NCBI GenBank assembly: GCA_049472355.1
Contig: JBLIRP010000070.1
Location: forward strand, 1 to 19,575
Reading direction: 5' to 3'
DNA from: a bacterium
GTDB lineage: Bacteria; SZUA-182; DTGQ01; JAFGSM01
Length of the DNA stretch: 19,575 nt
In this document: piece after piece, positions 7,876-16,393 of the stretch
Layout of the letters: the number at the start of each line of letters is the position of its first letter
Numbering within the stretch: position 1 is the stretch's first letter
The notes under the pieces: generated by a model
Databases searched by the model: none
The model's input: only the letters and a program-made list of their open reading frames with translations
Told to the model about the DNA's origin: nothing
Program-made: the position numbers and the translations under genes

Positions 7876-9312
7876 CTATGCGGATGCATCCGATTTCACG
7901 GAGGACCTTTTGAACTCCTCTTTCCGGATGCCGTATTTGGATAAAAGCTTGTGGAGTTGGCGGGGGGTTATCCCCGCACTCTTTGCGGTGCAGTTGATTC
8001 TGCCTTCATTGAGGGCAAGGAGCTGTTTCAGGTAGCTCCGTTCGATGTTTTCAATGCCCCGCTGCCGGACCTCCGACAACCTGAGGGAGATATCCAGAGG
8101 GACCTGGGTCTGGGGGGTATCGAACACGAAAAGCTCGCTGGGAAAGCTTTCAGGGGTAAGGAAGGAAGAGGTTTCCAGGATATAGGCACGTTCGATAAGG
8201 TTTTCCAGCTCGCGGATATTTCCCGGCCAGGAATACGACACAAACGCCTCCATCACCTGGGGATGAAGATCGTTGATATTCTTCTGGTACAGCTTATTGA
8301 GGTTTCTCAAGAAGATCCCTACAAGCAGCGGCATATCCTCGATCCTCTCCCGCAGAGGGGGGATCTCAATGGGAAACACGTTGAGCCGGTAGAAGAGATC
8401 CTTGCGAAGGACCCCGTCAAGGCACATCTTCTGGAGATCCATGTTGGAGGCGGCGATGATCCTGACATCCGTCTCGATACTCTCCTCCCCGCCAACACGC
8501 TGGAATGTCCTGTCCTGGAGGACCTGAAGCAGCTTGATCTGTGTTGAGGCGGTAATGGTCCCGATCTCGTCCAGGAAGATCGTTCCCCCGTGGGCGATCT
8601 CGAATTTTCCCAGCTTCCTCTGAAAGGCGCCGGTAAAGGCCCCCTTTTCATGTCCGAACAGCTCGCTCTCGATCAGGGTATCGGGTATTGCACCGCAGTG
8701 GACGGAGATGAACTGATTGTCACATCGATTGCTGTGGCGATGGATGAGCTTTGCCAGCACCCCCTTCCCGGTGCCGGTCTCTCCGGTAATGAGCACGGTT
8801 GTTCGTGTGGGCGCCACCAGCTTCACCTTGTCAAAGACCTTCTTCATGGAAGGGGTGTTGGTGCGCACCACCGCGAGCGAATCATTCTGCCAGAACTTGT
8901 CTCGAAGGTAATCGAGCTCCGACTGAACCCGGATCGATTCATACAAGCTCTCGGTGATATATTTCACCTCTTCGGGATTTATGGGATAGGTGAGATAATT
9001 GCTGGCCCCTGCCTTCACCGCATTGACCAATTCCCTGATCATATCCTGGGAGGACATAACGATGATCTCGGCAATGGGGAACACCTGCCAGAAGGGCTGC
9101 AGCCGCTTTTTGTAATCGACGAGGCCGTTCTCCGTTTCCACGCCTCTAAGAAAAAAGATATCGATGAAGATGAATTCGTATCGCTTCTTGCGGATATCCT
9201 CCAGAGAAAAACCAGGGGTCGATATGACGTCGATCCGGTAGTCCGGGCCGAAGCAATTCCTGATCACGCTGCACGCCCTTTGGTTATCAGAGGCAACGAG
9301 AATGTACTTCAT
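7876..9312 (-). CDS. Sigma54-dependent enhancer-binding protein (NtrC family: receiver-like, AAA+, HTH)
   Basis: Walker A GETGTGKG, ESELFGHEKGAFTGA, FLDEIG, RIIAASN, DLFYRLNV, WPGNIRELEN, and a C-terminal Fis-type HTH. Confidence 0.95.
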   Translation of the reverse strand: MKYILVASDNQRACSVIRNCFGPDYRIDVISTPGFSLEDIRKKRYEFIFIDIFFLRGVETENGLVDYKKRLQPFWQVFPIAEIIVMSSQDMIRELVNAVKAGASNYLTYPINPEEVKYITESLYESIRVQSELDYLRDKFWQNDSLAVVRTNTPSMKKVFDKVKLVAPTRTTVLITGETGTGKGVLAKLIHRHSNRCDNQFISVHCGAIPDTLIESELFGHEKGAFTGAFQRKLGKFEIAHGGTIFLDEIGTITASTQIKLLQVLQDRTFQRVGGEESIETDVRIIAASNMDLQKMCLDGVLRKDLFYRLNVFPIEIPPLRERIEDMPLLVGIFLRNLNKLYQKNINDLHPQVMEAFVSYSWPGNIRELENLIERAYILETSSFLTPESFPSELFVFDTPQTQVPLDISLRLSEVRQRGIENIERSYLKQLLALNEGRINCTAKSAGITPRQLHKLLSKYGIRKEEFKRSSVKSDASA

Positions 9313-9585
9313 GAGATATCCCCTGTCACTTCCTCACCATTCAATATGCAGGGCATTACGAAAAATAACACCCACCTTATTGATCGCAGCACATTAGCAT
9401 ACCAGTAACAATAAAACAATATCGTACAGGTCATCCCTGCAATTCAAATTTCGATGTGCCGACACTCCGGTTCAACGTTGGAATTGCCAGGGACATCACA
9501 GCGGTCCCCTGTCAGGTTCATGCGGTCGCTTGTGAGAACCCTGCTGTTTTTCCTCCGCTCAACCTATTCCGCCAATGATCATATT

Positions 9586-10992
9586 TCATGCAAGGCTCAC
9601 CTCCTGGTTGTATGCGGCCACGGTGACCTCCCATCCGGTGCGCTCCCTTACCCCGGCAGCGAATGCCTCGGCTGCGTTTTCCTCCCCATGAATCACAAAC
9701 AGGTGCCGCGGAGGCCTTTTCAGTGCCGCCAGCCATTGAAGAAGTTCCTCCCGGTCCGCATGGGCGGAAAAGCCATTGATCTTTTCCACCCTCGCCTTCA
9801 CCTGTCGCTCCTCTCCCAGGATGCGAACGGATTCAGCGCCTTCCAGTATCTCCCGTCCGAGGGTTCCCCTGGCTTGGTATCCAACGAACAAAATTGCGCT
9901 CTCCGGCCGGCTGATGTTATTGATGAGATGATGCTTGATGCGACCGCCGGTGCACATGCCCGAGCCTGCAATAATTATCGCGGTGCCCCTGATATGGTTG
10001 ATCATTTTTGACTCGTCCACGGTACGGACCATGATCAGGCCGGGGAAGTCGCATGGATGCCGCCCCTTTTCTATCAAGGCGCGTGTTTCCTCGTCAAAGA
10101 GATCCCGGTGGCGGCCGAACACCTCCGTGACCCGGACGGCCATAGGACTGTCCACGAAAACCGGCAGGTGGGGAATGCGATCCTCTGCCAGAAGCCCGCT
10201 GAGCCTGTACAGCAGCTCCTGGGTCCGCTCCACGGCAAAACTGGGGATCACGATATTTCCTCCCGCCTGGTGGGTTTCGTTGACGATCCGGGCAAGTTCC
10301 CGCGATATGGTCTCCTGCCCTTGATGGAGCCTGTTTCCGTACGTTGACTCCACCAATACGTAGTCGGCGTGATGGAATGTCGCCGGATCCCGCAAGATGG
10401 GGGAATTCCGCCGTCCCACGTCTCCGGAAAAAAGGATGGTGATCTCCGTCCCCTTGAGGTTCATCTGCACCGTTATCATGGACGAACCCAGGATATGGCC
10501 GGCGTCGTGAAAGGTAACGCTCACAACCTTATTCAGGGCAACCGGGTGTTCATAGGCAACAGGGGTAAGGAACGGAAAAACGGATTCTGCGTCTTCCAGT
10601 GTATAGAGGGGGACCTCAGGGTGAGCCCCTTCCCTGCCCTCTCGCTGGTGACGCCTTTTTTTGGCTGCGGCATCCTCCTCCTGGATTGTGGCTGAATCCA
10701 TGAGCACAATCCGTGCGATATCCGCTGTGGCTGCGGTACACACAATTCTGCCATGAAATCCTTCACGGACCAATTTCGGAAGGAGTCCGCAATGATCAAG
10801 GTGGGCGTGGGTCAAACATACGGCATCCAGACCCTCGGGCGGGAAGGGAAAGGGCTCCCAGTTGCGATGCCGAAAATCCCTCTCCTGATAGAGGCCGCAA
10901 TCAACGATGAATCGCGTACCGTTTGCCTCCATATAGAAGCAGGAGCCGGTGACGTTCCGTGCCGCCCCCAGGAATCTGAGTCGTGTCTGCAT
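9586..10992 (-). CDS. Metallo-beta-lactamase beta-CASP family ribonuclease
   Basis: All motifs are present: VDCG, THAHLDH, AGHILGS, FSGD, VESTYG, FSAHAD, IHGE. SD AGAGGA lies upstream. Confidence 0.93.
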   Translation of the reverse strand: MQTRLRFLGAARNVTGSCFYMEANGTRFIVDCGLYQERDFRHRNWEPFPFPPEGLDAVCLTHAHLDHCGLLPKLVREGFHGRIVCTAATADIARIVLMDSATIQEEDAAAKKRRHQREGREGAHPEVPLYTLEDAESVFPFLTPVAYEHPVALNKVVSVTFHDAGHILGSSMITVQMNLKGTEITILFSGDVGRRNSPILRDPATFHHADYVLVESTYGNRLHQGQETISRELARIVNETHQAGGNIVIPSFAVERTQELLYRLSGLLAEDRIPHLPVFVDSPMAVRVTEVFGRHRDLFDEETRALIEKGRHPCDFPGLIMVRTVDESKMINHIRGTAIIIAGSGMCTGGRIKHHLINNISRPESAILFVGYQARGTLGREILEGAESVRILGEERQVKARVEKINGFSAHADREELLQWLAALKRPPRHLFVIHGEENAAEAFAAGVRERTGWEVTVAAYNQEVSLA

Positions 10993-11085
10993 GAAGTGGA
11001 TTCCTCTCCTATCTGTGTAATCGATATCCGGGCATTGTTCACTATGCTATAGGATATGAAGGTGGGGTTCAAGCGGGGATAGGCC

Positions 11086-11136
11086 TTACTGGAGTCCGGG
11101 AGGGGGCAGCACCTGCCCTCTCCCGGATTCCGGTAA
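11086..11136. repeat. Long inverted repeat (24-bp stem, 3-nt loop)
   Basis: TTACTGGAGTCCGGGAGGGGGCAG-CAC-CTGCCCTCTCCCGGATTCCGGTAA gives 21 Watson-Crick pairs plus 3 pairs that are G-U on the + strand. Confidence 0.85.
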
Positions 11137-11164
11137 CCTCTTGTTAAGAATCTCTCATTGTCAA

Positions 11165-12193
11165 TCAATTATCATAGGCATCCACATTGGTCATCACATC
11201 CAATTCCAGCGTCTCATCACACGGGACCGAAGGCTCGAACGACATGCTCTCCGCCTTGAAATTGCCCTCGAAATACTCCTGTGCCGTATCCGCCTCAAAT
11301 TTCTCTGAATCGGCGTCATCCACCGGAGCGATAACGGAGCGCAACATGACGATATTTATGGCCGCCACTCGGGTCAATTCCTCCCTGGCCCTGTAGATGA
11401 GTTTATAGCTCCCGGGCCTTAACACATAGATACAAGGTCTCGCCCTCTCATACGGTGGATAGTAGACATTCCAATGACATACATCCTGCCAATGCCATTC
11501 ATTATACTGGGCACTTGGATTGAATTCGTATCGGTCATGGGCGGTTTTGACCAAGTAAAAGTCCCCACTGTAATTTGTCGCAGGAAACGGAACACGCACA
11601 TCTCCCCTCTTGATCTCGACATAGAAGGAATCATGCCCGCAGTCTTTCGCCCAGACCAGGTTGCTTATCTTATAAATCCCCCATTGCGAAATCTTGAAGG
11701 AATAAATCGCCTCGGCATCCGTTTTCCTATCCGTGCATTTTACCAGCGAGGTGACATAGGCCTTTATATCCTTATAAACCCTTTTCCCGTCAAAATAATA
11801 GTTGTAGTTTTCAGCATATGGTGAGTCCTCTGCGTGAAACTTTACCATCATCTCCCCTGTTAATTCCCCATCCTCCGGCGCATTTATCCGGATAACCCTG
11901 GGGGCAACCTCAATGGGTTTTGGCTGTACCGGTTTGGGCTGTATGATCGTCGGCAAAATCTGTCCCACTGTGGTGCTGGTGACCGACCTGGACAAGGATG
12001 GCGTATAGTAGGGCATATATTGGTTGGTAAGGCTCAATTGAGGAACAACACCAACGGATAAATAAGGATACATCAGTTTTGAATAAAGGCTGTAGTCAAC
12101 CTGCGCATAACCAGTGGACACTGCAAAGGAAAGACTGATGCTTACCATAAGTATCAATATACAGAAAAAAAATTTGCTATTTTTGGAGTTCAT
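11165..12193 (-). CDS. Secreted hypothetical protein with a putative carbohydrate-binding-like beta-sandwich
   Basis: G-rich SD before ATG 12193 and a signal peptide ending STGYA-Q. A Tyr/Ser/Pro-rich linker is followed by a jelly-roll-type pattern (FHAED, GIYKI..VWA..HDSFYVEI, WHWQ, LRPGSYKLIYRARE) and an acidic tail. The domain call is by eye. Confidence 0.75.
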   Translation of the reverse strand: MNSKNSKFFFCILILMVSISLSFAVSTGYAQVDYSLYSKLMYPYLSVGVVPQLSLTNQYMPYYTPSLSRSVTSTTVGQILPTIIQPKPVQPKPIEVAPRVIRINAPEDGELTGEMMVKFHAEDSPYAENYNYYFDGKRVYKDIKAYVTSLVKCTDRKTDAEAIYSFKISQWGIYKISNLVWAKDCGHDSFYVEIKRGDVRVPFPATNYSGDFYLVKTAHDRYEFNPSAQYNEWHWQDVCHWNVYYPPYERARPCIYVLRPGSYKLIYRAREELTRVAAINIVMLRSVIAPVDDADSEKFEADTAQEYFEGNFKAESMSFEPSVPCDETLELDVMTNVDAYDN

Positions 12194-12240
12194 CTTGTAT
12201 CCCCCCTGAAACAAATAAGAGATTAAACATTCTTCCATTA

Positions 12241-12292
12241 ACCAAATTTGCAGAATCTGCCAAATCTGCCCAATTTACCAAATTTACCAAAT
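12241..12292. repeat. Degenerate 9-bp tandem repeat (RCCAAATYT, about 5.8 copies)
   Basis: ACCAAATTT GCAGAATCT GCCAAATCT GCCCAATTT ACCAAATTT ACCAAAT. Confidence 0.75.
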
Positions 12293-12895
12293 GATCTTCA
12301 TACACTCTGATAAAAAACAATCAAATAATAATCTCTCCCCCTCCTTGAGATTAACGTGTCATTTTCAAGTGAGAAAAAATAATCTGTCCACTATCGTTGA
12401 CGGCATCACCTCCCTTCCTGATCTCAAGGATATAATCCCTTACACATCCCTTCTTCGTTTTCCCTTCCTGCAAGGCACAAGGGCCTGCATACCCCCACGA
12501 ATTTGCGCGTTCCATGGCGTTATTATCATCAATTGTGAACGGCCGAGCGGCTCGTTCCGGCATCGAATAAGCAGGCATTTTCGCGTGAATCCCCGCGGCA
12601 TCGATATTCCGGTTGCCGATCGGATGGGGTATCTTTCCGATTCCGTTTTCATACATAATAGAGGTCAATGCCGTACAAAAACCTTTCACTATTTATTCTG
12701 GGGTGTCGTACGATTGCTTTGGCGGCAGGTTAGAAACAAATTGGAATTTTTTGTTGAAATATTATATAGTTATAATTTTATCTTATTGATATTTTTAAAT
12801 ATTGCTTCCCTTAATCCCTCAATTGATTACTAAAGGCAGGCCCTGCACGGAAGGTGGGAGCGTGCGGCAATGGACTGCGAACAGGCGCTACGAAT

Positions 12896-13510
12896 ATGAC
12901 TCTCCATAATACACATACTTCCGATACGGAGCTTCTCGGTGAGTGCCTGAGGGGCAAGGAATGGGCATGGGAACTATTCTATGAACGATTCTCACGGCTC
13001 GTTTCTTCGGTGGTGAAAAGGGCGGCCTCACGATATGCATCCGTTTCAACCGCAGAGGAGATAAACGATTGCACACAGTTTGTCTGGGCTTCCTTTATAG
13101 AAAAGGAGTGTTATATATTAAAAAAATGGGGGGGGAAATGTTCGCTTGCCACCTGGCTCAGGGTGTGTGGCAGCCATGCTGCATCCGGATATTTCAAATC
13201 GATGGCCAAACAGATCCATACAATCCCTGTCGACGAGATCCCTCCCATGTCCGTATCGGTCAACGTCAATACACCACACAATACATTTGATGCGGTAAGC
13301 AGGAATGAAATGCTCGAAAAGATCCTGTGGATCGTTGAAAACAGGTTGTCCAAGCAAGAGAGGCTCTTTGCGAAACTGTACTGGTTCAAGAAACTCTCTT
13401 TTGACGAAATCTCCAAAATCCTGGGCATCTCCCTGGAAAATGCACATCTTCTGAAACACAGGGCTGAAAAGAAGATAATGAGGTATATGAAAACTGTAAG
13501 GAATAATTGA
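12896..13510 (+). CDS. ECF-type sigma-70 family RNA polymerase sigma factor
   Basis: Region 2-like (AWELFYERFSRLV...EINDCTQFVW...SLATWLRV) and region 4 HTH (LSKQERLFAKLYWFKKLSFDEISKILGISLENAHLLKHRA). An alternative GTG start is at 12854. Confidence 0.88.
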   Translation: MTLHNTHTSDTELLGECLRGKEWAWELFYERFSRLVSSVVKRAASRYASVSTAEEINDCTQFVWASFIEKECYILKKWGGKCSLATWLRVCGSHAASGYFKSMAKQIHTIPVDEIPPMSVSVNVNTPHNTFDAVSRNEMLEKILWIVENRLSKQERLFAKLYWFKKLSFDEISKILGISLENAHLLKHRAEKKIMRYMKTVRNN

Positions 13511-13581
13511 TTTTTTATCTCTATATACTACAAAGGCGGGGTTAGATCCGCGATGGAACTTCTTATTACAGGGGATTCACC

Positions 13582-14325
13582 ATGAAGGATGACGATTTTG
13601 ACGATCTGATGTACCAGGCATTTGCCAGGGAGGAAAAGCCGGGGATGGACCCGGGACAAGACCGGAAGGATAGACACGAGTGTCTCTCCGACGAGACCAT
13701 CTCCCTGTATCTGGAATCCCTTCTTTCGGATGCCGAACGGGACAGGGTGCAAGAGCATCTTTTCTCCTGTCCCTTTTGTCTTGAATTGGTCATTGATGTC
13801 GTCGAATCGGAGGCATTGGAACGGCAGGAGATATCCAGGGTGCGGGGAAGAATGGAATTGGAGCACACGGCAAAAACGGGTCTTGCCGACGTGATAGGTG
13901 CGGTTATAAAACCCTTGCGGATTTCCCTGGCCTGGGTTGGAGGGCATCTCACGATAAAGGAAACGGATGCCGAGTGTATCCCCTTTTGGAATGAATTGAG
14001 GCCCGTCCTGGTGCGAGGTGGCTCCAATAAAAAGGCCCTCTCCCTGCCCCCCTTTTCAAAATCCTTTGAAGACTATATGGTCAAGGTCCGTATCATGGAA
14101 GAGGAGGAAGGGAAGTGCGCCATTCAATGCGAGGTCGTTCCATTGTCTGAAACAAAAGAACGTGGACGAATCAAGGTTGAGTTGATGAAGGCCGGTCGCA
14201 TGCTTCGTTCCTTTCTCCTTGAGGATGATTCCCTTCAATTCCAGGGAATCTCTAAGGGTGAATATGCGATCAACATTCGCGATGATAACCAATTGATCGG
14301 TGATATATCCGTACAAATAGAATAG
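13582..14325 (+). CDS. Soluble zinc-finger (zf-HC2/ZAS) anti-sigma factor with a C-terminal beta-sandwich
   Basis: CLSDETISLYL...EHLFSCPFC (HxxxCxxC) directly after the ECF gene. No TM helix is visible. The C-terminus FQGISKGEYAINI is typical of Ig/prealbumin-like folds. Confidence 0.85.
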   Translation: MKDDDFDDLMYQAFAREEKPGMDPGQDRKDRHECLSDETISLYLESLLSDAERDRVQEHLFSCPFCLELVIDVVESEALERQEISRVRGRMELEHTAKTGLADVIGAVIKPLRISLAWVGGHLTIKETDAECIPFWNELRPVLVRGGSNKKALSLPPFSKSFEDYMVKVRIMEEEEGKCAIQCEVVPLSETKERGRIKVELMKAGRMLRSFLLEDDSLQFQGISKGEYAINIRDDNQLIGDISVQIE

Positions 14326-14338
14326 AAGGTAGAGTGCT

Positions 14339-16393
14339 ATGAGCCGTTCCGATCCCCCCAAAAAGGACCAAGCAGGCACGATTATCGATCTCAAGATCCT
14401 GCATGAAGCACCGGGCCAAAAACTCAGTCTGTTTTTCGAGGAAAAAAGGAAGGGTGAGGAAGGCCCCCTTCAATCCTACATCAATACCAATGTTTCTCCC
14501 TGCGGCCTCAAGTCCATCTCCGATGAGATATATTCCCTCCTGTATGCCTCCACCTATTCCTCGGAACATGGCGCGGGGAATATCACAAAAAAATTGCAGC
14601 AGGCCGGCCTGGATCTCTATAATTCCATATTCCCCCTGCCGATCAAGAAAAGGCTGGCTGCTGCCGGCTCCACAAACCTCTACCTGACCATCAGCGAATC
14701 CCTTCTCCATATCCCCTGGGAGCTTGCCTATGACGGCGAGGCATTTTTGTGCCTGCGGTTCAATATGGGCAGGAAGGTCTACACCTCGCATCAGGTAGTC
14801 GGCTACAAGGCCCCGGAATGCCAGAGAATCAGGATGTTGATCCTTGCGGACCCCAAGAACGACCTGCCGAAATCCTATCAGGAGGGGATCCTCCTTCATA
14901 AGAAACTGGAAAACTGGGGGGACCTTCTGGATGTGAATATCGTTACCACATCTATAGATTCAAAGATGGTCTCCCGCCAGATCTTTGAATACGATATCCT
15001 GCATTATGCAGGTCATGCCGTATACAATCAGGATAATCCGGATATGAGCGGCTGGGTGCTTGAAGACGGCACTTTAAGCGCTCAAAGGATCATGCAACTG
15101 GCAGGATGCAAGAAACCGCTCCCCGGCCTGATATTCTCGAATGCCTGCCAGAGCGGGCAGACCTCGGAATGGTCCAAGACCGATCAAAAGAATTGGAGCC
15201 ACTACTATGCCTATGACCTGGTAAACGCCTTTCTGCGCTCAGGCGTGCAGCATTATATCGGTACATTCCAGGAGGTGCGGGATCTGTCCAGCCTCTCCCT
15301 GGGACTCCACTTTTACGAATCAATGGCCCAATCCTGCAGTATCGGCGAGGCCCTTCGCAAGGCACGCATGCGGTTCATACGGGGATGCGAAGAACATGGC
15401 AAAGACAACCTCATATGGGCCCATTACATGCTCTATGGAGACCCCACCATCCACTATTTCAACAATATTCAAGCGCACCGGGAAACTGGAAAAGGGGAAT
15501 ACATACGCGAGATAAGGGAGCAAAACCGTGCTGATGAGCTCTTAGTAGGGTCTCCCGGCCTTGCCGGGGACGATACACGGGCAAAGGGCTCATCAGGAGC
15601 GACCTCCGCCCGAACCGGGGATGAGGCATTCGAATCCGCCGATCATAGGGGCACAAGAGCGGCGAAAGGTATCCATATGTCCAAGAAATGGGGGAAATGG
15701 GTTGCCCTGGGCATTATCGCAGGCATGGTCCTTTCCCTTTTTTTCATGAAATTTCGGGAACGGCCGGCAATGGAACATGCCGGTGGGGTTCACAGATATA
15801 CGGACCTTGAGTGGGAGGAAAAAAAGTGGGAAATCGTTGAACGAATCATGGAGGGCATGAGACAGGGATACAGGCCGGGGGACTCAGATACGGCCAGGAA
15901 TGCGCCTCTCTCCGGATCCTCTTCCATTGCCCCCGCTCACTACACGCTGTGCATTATCCCGTCCGATCCTGTTATAAAGGATACGGACACGGAGCTCCTG
16001 GTGGAAGAACTGCTCACCTTTTTTGAACAACAGCCGGACTATATCGTGGTGGAAAGGGAGCGGCTCGATTTTGTGATCAGGGAGCTTGCCTTGAAGACAC
16101 TGAACCTCACCGAAGACAAGCTCCGGTTTTCCTTGGGGGCGATCTTCGATGCCCGTGGAATCCTGTTTGTAAAGGTATTCGAACTCCCTCATCGTCTTCC
16201 CCGGTTGACCCACAGGAAGGAGGCGTTCCTTCGTTTGGTGGACACGAAGACGACGGCCATAACAGCTCGGGCCGCGGATTATCTCGACCCGTATGATATA
16301 AAGGGTGCGGCTGGACACCTTGGCGAACAACTCATCGCATCCTTGGAGAAGAGGATGAAAGACGGTACGGGCAATGATGGACAGGCCAAGTGA
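14339..16393 (+). CDS. Membrane-anchored CHAT (caspase-like) protease with a C-terminal CsgG-like domain
   Basis: CHAT motifs LHIPWEL, LILADP, ILHYAGH (His226), FSNACQSG (Cys270), AFLRSGV, FY...IGEALRKAR, WAHYMLYGDP. A single TM helix lies at about aa 454-470, followed by YIVVERERLDFVIRELAL...LRLVDTKT. Confidence 0.88.
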   Translation: MSRSDPPKKDQAGTIIDLKILHEAPGQKLSLFFEEKRKGEEGPLQSYINTNVSPCGLKSISDEIYSLLYASTYSSEHGAGNITKKLQQAGLDLYNSIFPLPIKKRLAAAGSTNLYLTISESLLHIPWELAYDGEAFLCLRFNMGRKVYTSHQVVGYKAPECQRIRMLILADPKNDLPKSYQEGILLHKKLENWGDLLDVNIVTTSIDSKMVSRQIFEYDILHYAGHAVYNQDNPDMSGWVLEDGTLSAQRIMQLAGCKKPLPGLIFSNACQSGQTSEWSKTDQKNWSHYYAYDLVNAFLRSGVQHYIGTFQEVRDLSSLSLGLHFYESMAQSCSIGEALRKARMRFIRGCEEHGKDNLIWAHYMLYGDPTIHYFNNIQAHRETGKGEYIREIREQNRADELLVGSPGLAGDDTRAKGSSGATSARTGDEAFESADHRGTRAAKGIHMSKKWGKWVALGIIAGMVLSLFFMKFRERPAMEHAGGVHRYTDLEWEEKKWEIVERIMEGMRQGYRPGDSDTARNAPLSGSSSIAPAHYTLCIIPSDPVIKDTDTELLVEELLTFFEQQPDYIVVERERLDFVIRELALKTLNLTEDKLRFSLGAIFDARGILFVKVFELPHRLPRLTHRKEAFLRLVDTKTTAITARAADYLDPYDIKGAAGHLGEQLIASLEKRMKDGTGNDGQAK

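Noticed and set aside
12351..12689. 112-aa minus-strand ORF (and the overlapping 12291..12833 plus-strand ORF) in the divergent spacer
   Set aside because: No recognisable motif or convincing RBS. A strong SD-like GGAGGTGA near 12405-12412 on the minus strand leads only to very short frames. A small gene cannot be excluded but is unsupported.
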